37,508 bases of DNA from an uncultured Gammaproteobacteria bacterium (GTDB lineage Bacteria > Patescibacteriota > Patescibacteriia > Patescibacteriales > UBA12075): assembly GCA_964451485.1 (NCBI GenBank), contig CAYVIA010000004.1:1-37508 (forward strand), in the 5' to 3' direction. The notes beneath the pieces are model-generated. The model was not told where the DNA came from, did not search any database, and saw only the letters and a list, made by a program, of their open reading frames with translations. Of this stretch, positions 1-9,841 are shown one piece after another (the stretch's first letter is position 1; each line of letters opens with the position of its first letter). Both the position numbers and the translations under genes were made by a program.

Positions 1-1
1 T

Positions 2-217
2 ATGCTATACTTCACCAAATACGCCGAGAATAAATTCGACCTGCTGAACAAATATAAGGTTTACTTTACCCGCGAACAAATCGAGGATACGGTTAACCTG
101 CCGGAAAAAGTAAGCAAAAAAGACGGTTATCTGGCGGCCAGAAAAGACGGCGTCAAGGTGGTATATAAAAAAGAGGGGAACGTAATTAAAATCATCACGT
201 TTTATCCCGTAAAATGA
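2..217 (+). CDS. small hypothetical protein (71 aa), DUF4258-like putative toxin-type partner of the downstream DUF2283 gene; may be clipped by the window edge
   Basis: ATG at 2, TGA at 215-217. The size and the C-terminal VVYKKEGNVIKIITFYPVK strand pattern resemble small DUF4258-type proteins usually encoded next to DUF2283 genes. Family call is from memory only. Confidence 0.4.
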   Translation: MLYFTKYAENKFDLLNKYKVYFTREQIEDTVNLPEKVSKKDGYLAARKDGVKVVYKKEGNVIKIITFYPVK

Positions 218-316
218 TGGGATTTGCGGGATTGTTGTGATTGTTGGGATCATTGGGATGACAGTATCCCTCCCTCCCAAAAATCATAAAAATCCCAATT
301 ATCATAATAATCCTGC
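217..316. repeat. imperfect palindromic element A built from 9-bp periodic units (forward TTGGGATNA x5, reverse complement-type units x4)
   Basis: Forward units at 217-261 are ATGGGATTT GCGGGATTG TTGTGATTG TTGGGATCA TTGGGATGA. Reverse units at 279-314 are AAAAATCAT AAAAATCCC AATTATCAT AATAATCCT. Positions 226-250 pair with 316-292. Confidence 0.85.
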
Positions 317-319
317 TAT

Positions 320-532
320 ATGATATACGATCCGGAAACCAATATACTTTGCTGGGAAATAACGAGCGGCAAAATCAGCCATGTGCGCGAAATCGGTAAT
401 TTTATCATCCATCTTTCCTCATCCGGCAAACCGATTCTCCTCGAAATACTCGATGCTTCGAAATTCGTCGGGCAGTTCGGCAAACTCAAAAACCTGAAAG
501 ACGTCGGACAAATCATGTCCGAAGCGGGATAA
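320..532 (+). CDS. DUF2283 family small protein (70 aa), putative antitoxin-like partner
   Basis: The YDPETNILCWEI...GKPILLEILDASKF pattern matches the characteristic YD-x-E-x-D ... G-x-x-x-G-I-E-I-L-D-A-S signature of DUF2283. Confidence 0.7.
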   Translation: MIYDPETNILCWEITSGKISHVREIGNFIIHLSSSGKPILLEILDASKFVGQFGKLKNLKDVGQIMSEAG

Positions 533-566
533 TATGTTTTACTAATTTTCTAAATTCAATAAAATT

Positions 567-1499
567 ATGTCAACTGCAACCAGTACCAAAACGAAAAAAG
601 GCGTGAAGCCCATGTTCGCGCCCGGCCATCGCGCCTGCGCCGGCTGCGGCCAGGCCATCGCGGCCAAAATCGTGGCCGAAACCCTGGGCCCGAACACCAT
701 CATCGCCAATGCCACCGGCTGTCTTGAGGTAACCACTTCGCCTTATCCGGAGAGCGCCTGGGGCATGCCCTGGATCCACTCGCTCTTCGAGAACGCGGCC
801 GCCGTCGCTTCCGGCATCCTCGCCGCCCTCAAACACGAGGGAAAAGACAAAGAGGTTAAAGTCGTGGCCCAGGGCGGGGATGGCGGCACTTTCGATATCG
901 GCTTCGGGCTAGTGAGCGGCATGTGGGAACGGGGAGAAAATATATTATACGTATGCTACGATAATGAGGCCTACTCCAATACCGGCATGCAGGCCTCAGG
1001 CGCCACCCCCTGGGCTTCGAGCACTACCACCACTCCCGCGGGCAGCGGCCCCACGATCGACGCCATCGGCTCGCATCAGAGGAAAAAAGATATCATCGCC
1101 ATAGCCCTCGCGCACGGACTGCCCTATGTCGCCCAGACGACCGCCGGCTTCATCGCCGATATCCAGGCAAAGGTAAAAAAAGCCGTGGCCACCCAAGGCC
1201 CCGCTTATATCCAGATACTCGCGCCCTGCGTTCCCGGCTGGCGGATAAAACCGGAAGAGACGATCGCTCTCGGTAAACTGGCCGCCCAGACCGGCCTTTA
1301 TCCCCTGCTCGAATACGAAAATGGAAAGCTCATGGCAAAGACGAAAGTACCCCAACCTACGCCAGGAGTGGAAGAATATCTTAAACCGCAGGGCAGATTC
1401 GCCCACCTTTTCAAGACGGAAGCGGGCAAAAAGCAGCTCGACTATATCCAAAAATTGGCAGATGAAAATATCAAAAAGTATAACCTACAAAATGGCTAA
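567..1499 (+). CDS. porB: pyruvate/2-oxoacid:ferredoxin oxidoreductase beta subunit (thiamine-diphosphate-binding)
   Basis: N-terminal FAPGHRACAGCG motif. TPP-binding motif GGDGGTFDIGF...CYDNEAYSNTG. Length of 310 aa is typical of PorB. Confidence 0.85.
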   Translation: MSTATSTKTKKGVKPMFAPGHRACAGCGQAIAAKIVAETLGPNTIIANATGCLEVTTSPYPESAWGMPWIHSLFENAAAVASGILAALKHEGKDKEVKVVAQGGDGGTFDIGFGLVSGMWERGENILYVCYDNEAYSNTGMQASGATPWASSTTTTPAGSGPTIDAIGSHQRKKDIIAIALAHGLPYVAQTTAGFIADIQAKVKKAVATQGPAYIQILAPCVPGWRIKPEETIALGKLAAQTGLYPLLEYENGKLMAKTKVPQPTPGVEEYLKPQGRFAHLFKTEAGKKQLDYIQKLADENIKKYNLQNG

Positions 1500-1517
1500 A
1501 TACTGAAGCGTCAAGTT

Positions 1518-1657
1518 TGTTGGGATTTTTAGGATTATTAAGATCATTGGGATTATTAGGATTTTAAAATTTTCAGAATAGCTCATAAAATCCGCGTCTC
1601 AAAAATTCCAACATCCTAATAATCCCAAAAATCTCAACTATCCCAATAATCCTAAAT
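1518..1657. repeat. imperfect palindromic element B of the same 9-bp periodic family (5 forward units, 50-nt centre, 5 reverse units)
   Basis: Forward units at 1518-1562 are TGTTGGGAT TTTTAGGAT TATTAAGAT CATTGGGAT TATTAGGAT. Reverse units at 1613-1657 are ATCCTAATA ATCCCAAAA ATCTCAACT ATCCCAATA ATCCTAAAT. The innermost units are perfectly complementary. Confidence 0.85.
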
Positions 1658-1694
1658 AAAAAAATCACCGGTTTTATTCTCCGGTGATTTTTTT
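1658..1694. terminator. bidirectional intrinsic terminator between convergent porB and rpoC
   Basis: AAAAAAATCACCGG-TTTTATTCT-CCGGTGATTTTTTT: perfect 8-bp GC-containing stem, extended by an A-run on one side and a T-run on the other. Confidence 0.75.
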
Positions 1695-1720
1695 ATTATC
1701 TGATTATCCCAATTATCCTA
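1695..1720. repeat. three further reverse-type 9-bp units (ATTATCYNA) abutting the rpoC stop codon
   Basis: ATTATCTG ATTATCCCA ATTATCCTA read directly from the sequence. rpoC stop is at 1723-1725. Confidence 0.7.
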
Positions 1721-1722
1721 AC

Positions 1723-4700
1723 TTAATTTCCGTAATCCGCCCGCGTTTGCTTGCCCTTATAACCCGTTCCCGCCGGAATCAGGCGGCCGATAATGACATT
1801 CTCTTTAAGGCCCTCAAGATAATCGATCTTGCCGTTAACCGCGGCTTCGATCAAAACCCTGGCCGTTTCCTGGAACGAAGCGGCGGAAAGGAAACTGTCC
1901 GTGGTCAGCGAGGCCTTGGTGATGCCCAAAAGCAGCCGTTCCGTCTTCGCAATCTTCGCCTCATCGTTTCCTACCGCGTCGTTAGCTCTGGCCACGACCG
2001 ACTCTTCGACTATTTCTCCCGGCAGCAAATCCGTTGCGCCCTCGTCATGAACGAAAAATCGGGAAAACATCTGCCGGGCGATAATCTCCACGTGTTTATC
2101 GTTCAAGGGCTGGCCCTGGGAAGAATAAACGTTTTGAATCTCCCGAATGATATATTTCTGCGTATCGAGTTTGCCCATTAATTTATATAACTGCTGAAGG
2201 TCTATACTCCCATCCGTCAACTGCTGCCCCTTTTCCACTTTTTCTCCGTCTTTAACCATAATAGTAATACCCTTGGAAATTACATACTCTTTTACCTTCC
2301 TGGCCTTGCCTTTTACTTTAACGCATTTATCATTGGTCAAATCCACCGTTCCCGCCTTTTCGGCGCATACCTTTTCGCGACCGATCGTAAACAAGGTATC
2401 ACCGGCCCCTACCTTTTGTCCGTCTTTAACCGCCACCTTCAATTCGTCCTTACTGCCTGCGTCGGCATTTCGTTTCTTATTCTTCATCCCCGCTTTTTTC
2501 TTCACCAGTGGCTTGCTCGAGGCTTCCGTAAAATAATATTTATCAGCCACAATTCCGGTATAAATTATTTTTAATATCCTGGACTGAGGATTATTGACGA
2601 CGACCTTTCCGCTTTCATCCTCGATCACTCTTTGCGCCGTTTCGATTTTCACCTCGCCGGCGGTATCGGCTACGAAGGCCTTTCTTTTCGGCGGCCGCGC
2701 CTCGAAAATCTCTTCCACTCTCGGCAAGCCCTGGGTAATATCTTCCACGCCGGCGATACCTCCCGTATGAAAGGTCCTCATAGTAAGCTGCGTACCCGGC
2801 TCGCCGATGGACTGGGCCGCGATAATACCGGCAGCCGTTCCCAGCTTTACGGGCTTATTATAACCCAGGTCGCGCCCATAGCACTTCACGCATACTCCCC
2901 GCCTTAATTTACAGTTCAAAACCGACCGGACGCGAATTTCTTCCGGTCGTTCTTTTTTTATCTTTTCCACCAGGTCTTCGGTGATCAATTCCCCCCTCTT
3001 CGCTATAACCCTACCCTTGCCGTTCTTAAAATCCGCGGCCAAATATCTGCCCAAGACCCTTTCCGCCAGCTCGAATCCGGCTTCATGGCTTTCCGCCCGG
3101 TTAACGACTACGCCCTCGTCATCGCCGCAGTCATCTTCGGCTATAATCACATCCTGGGCGACATCCACTAAGCGGCGGGTCAAATATCCGGCATTAGCGG
3201 TTCTCAGGGCCGTATCGGAAAGACCCTTGCGCACGCCATGGGTGGAGATAAAATATTCGAGTACTCCGAAGCCCCGCTTAAAATTACCTTTAACCGGCAA
3301 TTCGATAATATCCCCGGAAGGAGAAGTAACGAGCCCCTTCATGCCCAGAATCTGCGTCAACTGGGCCCAGCTGCCGCGGGCGCCGGATTCGATCATGGAA
3401 TAAACCGGACCATCGGACGGTAAACCATTGCGGCAAATATCAGTAACTTTCTCCTTTGTGCCTGTCCATAATTCGATTATCTTGGCATATCTCTCGGTTT
3501 CGGTCAGCAGCCCTTCTTCGTATTGTTCCTGAATATTCTCTACCATCTCCTGCGCTTCTTCTATTAACCGATCTTTATCCGGGAAAGAGGGTAAATCGTC
3601 CATGCCCCAGGATAAACCACTCTTGGTAATAAACATAAAACTCTTTTCTTTCAGGTTATCGAGAAATTCGACGGTCTGGGCGAAACCGTAAAAACGCAAA
3701 CAATCCTTAACCAGATCTTTTAACATTTTTTTGTTCACCACCTCGTTTACGAAACGCAATTTCTCGGGAAGAATATCGTTGAAAATTATCCTGCCAACAG
3801 TAGTGCGCACAAGACCCTTATCCGTCATTTTAACTCTAATCGCATCGTGGAGTTTGATTACCTTCATGTCATATGCCAGCCTAGCTTCTTCTTCCGAAGA
3901 AAACGCTTTCAGTTCCTTGTCCTCCCGCTTATCATCTTCGGTCTTGCTCTCGCTGGTCATATAGAACGCTCCCCAGACGATATCCTGGTTAGGCGCCACT
4001 ACCGGGTCTCCCGTGGCCGGTTTAAGCAGGTTTTTGGTCGAAAGCATAATATTCCCGGCTTCGTTCAATGCCTCTTTGGTCAAAGGAACATGAACCGCCA
4101 TCTGATCACCGTCGAAATCGGCGTTAAAAGCGCTGCAAACCAAGGGGTGAATCTGGATCGCCTTACCCTCAATGATGATAGGCTTAAAGGCCTGAATCCC
4201 CAGACGGTGCAGGGTGGGGGCGCGGTTGAGCAACACATACGCGCCCCCGATAATCTCTTCGAGAATATCCCAAACGATATCGACTCCCGATTCGATAAAA
4301 CGCGAAGCGCTGCGTACGTTATGAACGACCTCCTTTTCTATCAATTTGCTGATAATAAACGGCTTGAATAGTTCCAGCGCCATCACCTTCGGCAATCCGC
4401 ATTGATCGAGCCGCAGGCGGGGATTAACGACAATTACGCTACGGCCGGAATAATCGATCCTTTTGCCCAAAAGATTCTGGCGAAAACGTCCCTGTTTTCC
4501 CTTCAAAGAATCAGCCAGCGATTTAAGCATTCTTTTCTGGCCGGTGGAGGCGATGACGGTCTTGCCGTGGCGGGCGGAATTATCGATGAGCGCGTCAACC
4601 GCTTCCTGCAGCATTCTCTTTTCGTTGCGACAAATGACTTCCGGCGCATTCAATTCCACGAGCTGCCTTAAACGATTATTCCGGTTAATTACCCGGCGGT

Positions 4701-5727
4701 ACAAATCATTAAGGTCGGAAGTCGCGAACCGGCCTCCGTCAAGAGCCACCATCGGCCTCAAATCGGGCGGAATCACCGGCACGACGGTCAGCACCATCCA
4801 CTCCGGCCTGATATCATTAGCCCGCAAACTCTTGAACAACTTCAGCCGTCGCACCATCTTCTCGCGCTTGGAATCGATGACCTCGTTCATCTCGCCCTCC
4901 AGTTTCTTGATCGATTCCTCCAGGTCAATCCGCTCCAGGAGTTTTCTGACGGCTTCCGCTCCGATGCCCGCCTCAAAAATATGCCCATATTTCAAGCTAA
5001 GATTTTGATAAACATTTTCGGAAATGATTAAGAGCGGCTTTAAATCCTTTAATTCCTTTTGCGCCTGGTCAAAAGCGCCGTTCAGGTTATTTAATTTTTC
5101 TTCCTTCACCTTGGTAAGCGACTCTATTTCGCCCGTAATTTCTTTCTCCGCCTCTTCCTTCGATTTTCCCTCCTGCAGCAATTTCTGCTTACGGTTCTTA
5201 ATCTCGTTGGTTTGTTTCAAAAAATCGTTTTCGATTGATTTCTTCTTTTGTTTATACTCATTCTTGATCTGTTCGATCGTGGCCTCTTTCAGCTCTTCAT
5301 TCACGTCCGTGATGATGAAGCTCGCGAAATAAACAACCTTTTCCAGAGCTTGCATGGAAAGATCTAAGAGCAAGCCAGTCTTTGATGATAATCCGCGCAA
5401 GAACCATATGTGCGTACAGGGTGACTCCAGATTAATATGTCCCATGCGCTCGCGGCGCACTATACTGCGCGTAACCTCCACGCCGCATTTATCGCAGATA
5501 ATTCCCTTGTAACGGATCTTCTTATATTTACCGCAATAGCACTCCCAGTCCTTTGACGGACCGAAGATCTTTTCACAAAACAACCCGTCTTTTTCCGGTT
5601 TTTGTGTCCGATAATTGATTGTTTCCGGCCGTGTCACTTCTCCATGAGACCACGACTGGATCTCTTCGGGTGAAGCCAATTTTAATTTAATGGCGTCGAA
5701 ATCCGTCGTTTTGATAGGATTTGGCAT
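1723..5727 (-). CDS. rpoC: DNA-directed RNA polymerase subunit beta-prime
   Basis: 1334 aa. Zn-finger [23 protein letters not shown], catalytic [15 protein letters not shown], trigger loop [11 protein letters not shown]...[16 protein letters not shown]. Confidence 0.98.
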   Translation of the reverse strand: MPNPIKTTDFDAIKLKLASPEEIQSWSHGEVTRPETINYRTQKPEKDGLFCEKIFGPSKDWECYCGKYKKIRYKGIICDKCGVEVTRSIVRRERMGHINLESPCTHIWFLRGLSSKTGLLLDLSMQALEKVVYFASFIITDVNEELKEATIEQIKNEYKQKKKSIENDFLKQTNEIKNRKQKLLQEGKSKEEAEKEITGEIESLTKVKEEKLNNLNGAFDQAQKELKDLKPLLIISENVYQNLSLKYGHIFEAGIGAEAVRKLLERIDLEESIKKLEGEMNEVIDSKREKMVRRLKLFKSLRANDIRPEWMVLTVVPVIPPDLRPMVALDGGRFATSDLNDLYRRVINRNNRLRQLVELNAPEVICRNEKRMLQEAVDALIDNSARHGKTVIASTGQKRMLKSLADSLKGKQGRFRQNLLGKRIDYSGRSVIVVNPRLRLDQCGLPKVMALELFKPFIISKLIEKEVVHNVRSASRFIESGVDIVWDILEEIIGGAYVLLNRAPTLHRLGIQAFKPIIIEGKAIQIHPLVCSAFNADFDGDQMAVHVPLTKEALNEAGNIMLSTKNLLKPATGDPVVAPNQDIVWGAFYMTSESKTEDDKREDKELKAFSSEEEARLAYDMKVIKLHDAIRVKMTDKGLVRTTVGRIIFNDILPEKLRFVNEVVNKKMLKDLVKDCLRFYGFAQTVEFLDNLKEKSFMFITKSGLSWGMDDLPSFPDKDRLIEEAQEMVENIQEQYEEGLLTETERYAKIIELWTGTKEKVTDICRNGLPSDGPVYSMIESGARGSWAQLTQILGMKGLVTSPSGDIIELPVKGNFKRGFGVLEYFISTHGVRKGLSDTALRTANAGYLTRRLVDVAQDVIIAEDDCGDDEGVVVNRAESHEAGFELAERVLGRYLAADFKNGKGRVIAKRGELITEDLVEKIKKERPEEIRVRSVLNCKLRRGVCVKCYGRDLGYNKPVKLGTAAGIIAAQSIGEPGTQLTMRTFHTGGIAGVEDITQGLPRVEEIFEARPPKRKAFVADTAGEVKIETAQRVIEDESGKVVVNNPQSRILKIIYTGIVADKYYFTEASSKPLVKKKAGMKNKKRNADAGSKDELKVAVKDGQKVGAGDTLFTIGREKVCAEKAGTVDLTNDKCVKVKGKARKVKEYVISKGITIMVKDGEKVEKGQQLTDGSIDLQQLYKLMGKLDTQKYIIREIQNVYSSQGQPLNDKHVEIIARQMFSRFFVHDEGATDLLPGEIVEESVVARANDAVGNDEAKIAKTERLLLGITKASLTTDSFLSAASFQETARVLIEAAVNGKIDYLEGLKENVIIGRLIPAGTGYKGKQTRADYGN

Positions 5728-5771
5728 ATCATTGATAATTATAAAAAATTAATAATGCAAAAAAATACGGC

Positions 5772-8700
5772 TTAATCGGCGGGCGCCTTCGCTTTCATCC
5801 CCTTTTCCACCGCCGCTTCTTCGGTCTTTTCCGCCTTAACCTCTTCCGCTCCCTCCGCCGCCTCTTCTTCCCCGGCGCGAGTAAATTCCGCTTCACCGCC
5901 CAGCAATTCCACGTCAAGGCACAGTCCTTTAAGTTCTCTGACCAGGACGTTAAATGATTCCGGGACGTTCAGTTTTTTTATCGGTTCACCCTTAATGATC
6001 GATTCATATGCCTTGCTGCGTCCGGGTACGTCGTCCGATTTTATCGTCAAAATCTCCTGTAAAGAATGAGCGACGCCGTACGCCTCCATCGCCCAAACCT
6101 CCATCTCGCCGAACCTCTGACCGCCGAATTGCGCTTTCCCTCCAAGCGGTTGCTGGGTAATCAGGGAATACGGGCCGATTGAACGCTGGTGGATCTTATC
6201 GTCAACCATATGATTAAGTTTCATCATGTATTTATAGCCCACGGTTACTTTATGGTCGAACGGATCTCCGGTTTTACCGTCGTATAACGTAACCTTCCCG
6301 TCCAAGGGCAGGCCCGCTCTCTCCAATTCTTCCCTTATCTGCTTTTCGGAGAGACCGTTCAAAATCGGCGTTGCCGCCTTATATCCTAATTTTTGGGCGG
6401 CGAATCCCAGGTGCGTCTCGAGCAACTGGCCCAAATTCATACGGGAAATGATACCCAGCGGAGACAGGATTATATCGACCGGCGTCCCGTCTTCAAGGTA
6501 TGGCATATCTTCGACGGGAACGATGCGGGAAATGACACCCTTGTTGCCGTGCCGTCCCGCCATCTTATCGCCGGACTGTATCTTGCGTAAATTCGCCACC
6601 GTTACCTGGATAGACTCGAGCACTTCGGCCGCCAACTTGTCCCCCTTCTCCCGGGAAAATATCTTAATGTCCACCACCTTGCCATGTTCTCCATGCTCCA
6701 GATAAAGAGAAGAGTCGCGTACATCTTTCGCCTTTTCCCCGAAAATAGCGCGGAGCAATTTTTCTTCGGCGGAAAGTTCGGTCTCGCCTTTGGGGGTTAT
6801 TTTTCCCGCCAGGATATCCCCGGAAGAAACCTCCGCACCAATCCGCACGATTCCGCGATCATCCAGGTCCTTAAGTTTTTCTTCACTGATGTTGGGAATA
6901 TCGCTCGTAACGACTTCCGGCCCGAGCTTCGTGTCCCGCACGTCGATCGTATAATCCTCTATATGAATCGAAGAAAAAACGTCGTCCCTTACCAATCGTT
7001 CGGAAATAATGACCGCATCTTCATAATTGAACCCCTCCCAAGTCATAAAAGCCGCCAAAACATTTTTTCCCAAAGCCAGCTCCCCTTTATCGATAGACGG
7101 TCCGTCCGTCAATACCTGACCGGACGCAATCTTGTCTCCCGGGCCGATAATCGGCCGCTGATTGATGCAAGTCGAAGCGTTAGAGCGCAAAAATTTCGTC
7201 AATTCGTAAGTCATAACCTTGCCTTTCTTGTTCTTAATCTCTATGGCGGAGGCATCGACCTTAACCGCTACGCCATCCTCTTCCGCGATGATAACGTGGC
7301 CGGAATCCCGTGCCGCCCTGCCCTCTACTCCGGTTCCCACGATCGGCGACTCGGCCGTTATTAACGGTACGGCCTGACGCTGCATGTTGGTGCCCATCAG
7401 CGCTCTTTGCCCGTCATCATGCTCCATGAACGGTATCAGGGAAGTGGCGACAGAAACGATCTGGTTCGCGGCTACGCCGATAAAATCGACGTGCTGCACC
7501 TCTTCGGTGGCTGGCTCGCCGTATTTTCTCACTTCGCATTTTTCTACCAGGAAATATCCGTTTTCATCGACCGGGGTAGTGGCGGCCGTAGTGATATACT
7601 TTTCTTCCGCGAAGGCGTCTAAGTGAACGATCTCGCCGGTTACCACCGGCTTGACGGGAATCAGCGCCTCCTTGCCGAGCTTTTCATTCAATAGCCGCGC
7701 TTTCTTTTCGTCGATAACTTCGCCGGCGCCCGCCAATACTTCGCCCGCGGCTTTACCCGTTTCATCTTCTTTGCCGAAATTCTCGTTAATATCCTGACGG
7801 ACGATCTTACCCGTCGTTATCTCCGGATCATTCGCTATATCGTGCAGAACGCGCCGATAAGGCGTTTCTAAAAATCCGTATTTATTCAGCTTAACGTAAC
7901 TCGCCAGATGTCCGACCAAACCGATATTCGGCCCTTCCGGGGTGGCGATAGGGCAAATCCTGCCGTAATGAGTGGTATGAACATCGCGCACATCAAAACC
8001 GGCCCGCTCCCTTGTAAGACCTCCGGGGCCCATGGCTGATAGCCGGCGCTTATGTTCCAGCTCCGCCAATGGGTTGGTCTGGTCCATGAATTGCGACAGC
8101 TGGGACGACATAAAAAACTCTTTGATTACGCTGATTACCGGCCTGGCATTGATCAGCTTATTCGGCGTCAAAGTATTGATATCGGCTGTGCTCATCCTGT
8201 CTTTTATTATCCTTTCCATACGAGCCAAACCGACACGAAACTTATTCTGGATCAGCTCGCCGATAGCCCTGACCCTGCGGTTGCCCAGGTGGTCGATATC
8301 GTCTTCCGCTCCCTGGGTGGCGTTCAGCCGGATTACTTCTCTCACTATTTCGATCAAATCCTCTTTGCGCAAAATCCTCGTTTCTTTGTTATTGGGAATA
8401 TCGAAATTGAACCTGCGATTAAGCTTATAGCGTCCTACCCGATCGAAGTCATAACGATCGAATCTGAAAAACATGGAATAAATCAACTGGCGGGCATTAT
8501 CGGTAGTGGCCAGGTCGCCGGGTCTGATTCGCTTATAAACCTCCTTTAAACCCTCGGCCTCATTCTTGGCTATATCTTTAGCGATAGTCGGATCGATCGG
8601 GTTGTCAGCTGCTTCTTTCTCGTTCAATTTACGCTTCGGCGCCGCCGGATCGGCCAGATCCCTGAATAAATCCCTGATTTCTTCATCCCTTTCGATGCCG

Positions 8701-9290
8701 AATGCCCGAAACAAAGAGGTTATGGCAACCTTTCTTTTTCTGTCAATACGCACCCAGATGACATTATGGGCGTCCGTTTCGATCTCAAGCCATGCCCCTC
8801 TGTTAGGTATGATCTTGGCGCCGTAATATTTTCTGCCCTTAATGTATTCGGAAGTAAAAATAACCCCCGCGCTCCTGATCAACTGCGATACCACCACCCT
8901 TTCTATGCCGTTAACGATAAAAGTTCCGTTCCTGGTCATGAGCGGGAAATCCCCTAAAAATACTTCCTGCACCATGCTTTGGTCCGTTCTCTTGTTGGCC
9001 AGCCTCGCTTTTACCCGCAAAGGAATTTCATAGGTAATATTTTTCTTTTTGCTTTCCGCCTCGTTGAATTTCGGCTCATCAAAACAATAATCCTCGAAGC
9101 GCAACTCGAGATCACGTCCGATAAAATCCGTAACCGGCGATATTTCGTCGAACAAATCCCGCAATCCTTCTTCCATGAACCATTTATAAGAATTTTTCTG
9201 AATCTCGATCAGGTCTGGCATAGGCATGGCCTCGCGATGTTCGGCAAAAAATTTCCTCTCCGGCAAAAAATTATTAGTTGGGCTCGCCAT
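5772..9290 (-). CDS. rpoB: DNA-directed RNA polymerase subunit beta, with an acidic Glu/Ala-rich C-terminal tail
   Basis: 1172 aa. Motifs GDKMAGRHGNKGVISRI, SRMNLGQLLETHLG, GGQRFGEMEVWA. Tail is GEEEAAEGAEEVKAEKTEEAAVEKG. Confidence 0.98.
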   Translation of the reverse strand: MASPTNNFLPERKFFAEHREAMPMPDLIEIQKNSYKWFMEEGLRDLFDEISPVTDFIGRDLELRFEDYCFDEPKFNEAESKKKNITYEIPLRVKARLANKRTDQSMVQEVFLGDFPLMTRNGTFIVNGIERVVVSQLIRSAGVIFTSEYIKGRKYYGAKIIPNRGAWLEIETDAHNVIWVRIDRKRKVAITSLFRAFGIERDEEIRDLFRDLADPAAPKRKLNEKEAADNPIDPTIAKDIAKNEAEGLKEVYKRIRPGDLATTDNARQLIYSMFFRFDRYDFDRVGRYKLNRRFNFDIPNNKETRILRKEDLIEIVREVIRLNATQGAEDDIDHLGNRRVRAIGELIQNKFRVGLARMERIIKDRMSTADINTLTPNKLINARPVISVIKEFFMSSQLSQFMDQTNPLAELEHKRRLSAMGPGGLTRERAGFDVRDVHTTHYGRICPIATPEGPNIGLVGHLASYVKLNKYGFLETPYRRVLHDIANDPEITTGKIVRQDINENFGKEDETGKAAGEVLAGAGEVIDEKKARLLNEKLGKEALIPVKPVVTGEIVHLDAFAEEKYITTAATTPVDENGYFLVEKCEVRKYGEPATEEVQHVDFIGVAANQIVSVATSLIPFMEHDDGQRALMGTNMQRQAVPLITAESPIVGTGVEGRAARDSGHVIIAEEDGVAVKVDASAIEIKNKKGKVMTYELTKFLRSNASTCINQRPIIGPGDKIASGQVLTDGPSIDKGELALGKNVLAAFMTWEGFNYEDAVIISERLVRDDVFSSIHIEDYTIDVRDTKLGPEVVTSDIPNISEEKLKDLDDRGIVRIGAEVSSGDILAGKITPKGETELSAEEKLLRAIFGEKAKDVRDSSLYLEHGEHGKVVDIKIFSREKGDKLAAEVLESIQVTVANLRKIQSGDKMAGRHGNKGVISRIVPVEDMPYLEDGTPVDIILSPLGIISRMNLGQLLETHLGFAAQKLGYKAATPILNGLSEKQIREELERAGLPLDGKVTLYDGKTGDPFDHKVTVGYKYMMKLNHMVDDKIHQRSIGPYSLITQQPLGGKAQFGGQRFGEMEVWAMEAYGVAHSLQEILTIKSDDVPGRSKAYESIIKGEPIKKLNVPESFNVLVRELKGLCLDVELLGGEAEFTRAGEEEAAEGAEEVKAEKTEEAAVEKGMKAKAPAD

Positions 9291-9690
9291 ATATTTCTAT
9301 ATTCCATAAATTCAAACCGCCGATTATAAAAAATTAACGGCTAAAATTTATGACTGCTAATTAAATAATATTTAAATAAAAATTGAAAAAGACGGGAGTT
9401 ATGTAGCAAAAAATCTCAAAACCATGGGGCTTGAGTTGTGTACCGTCCCAATTTATCGGGGACGATTATTCAATTTAGTTAAGCCGAATATGAACAGCCA
9501 AATCTTTATTTTAAGAATAAAAGCGCATGGAGATTATCCTGGACTCCCTCATTGTGAGCAAAATAAAAAAACGGCCACTACTCGTAAATACGGACGAACC
9601 GTTAAATTTACGAAAATATTTCCGTTTCTTGTTTTTACCCGCCTCTATATCGAGCCTTCCCTTGGGGTCAATAAAATATAATTAACACCT

Positions 9691-9720
9691 ATAATAACAG
9701 AATGAAGCTCTGTTTGTCAA
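9691..9720 (-). promoter_or_regulatory. candidate sigma-70-type promoter far upstream of rpoB (TTGACA-18 nt-TATTAT)
   Basis: The minus strand reads TTGACAaacagagcttcattctgtTATTAT. It would give a leader of about 390 nt. Sequence match only. Confidence 0.3.
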
Positions 9721-9841
9721 TAATTTCCGCACTCTTGCATAAATTTAACATTAGCAAATATAGCCAAACTAGTCAAGTATTAATATATTACTTAATATTA
9801 GATAAAAAATTATTTAATTACATATTAATTTTATTAGTTTA

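Noticed and set aside
217-1657. Possibility that the 9-bp periodic arrays are CRISPR arrays.
   Set aside because: The units are only 9 bp, directly abutting with no spacers, degenerate, and arranged as inverted arrays. No cas genes are in the window.
9424-9681. 85-aa plus-strand ORF in the rpoB upstream region. The 124-aa ORF at 9702-10076 is a similar case.
   Set aside because: There is no RBS or recognisable motif, and the composition is unusual. They lie opposite to the local transcription direction, and the second overlaps the Mur ligase gene. Probably non-coding.
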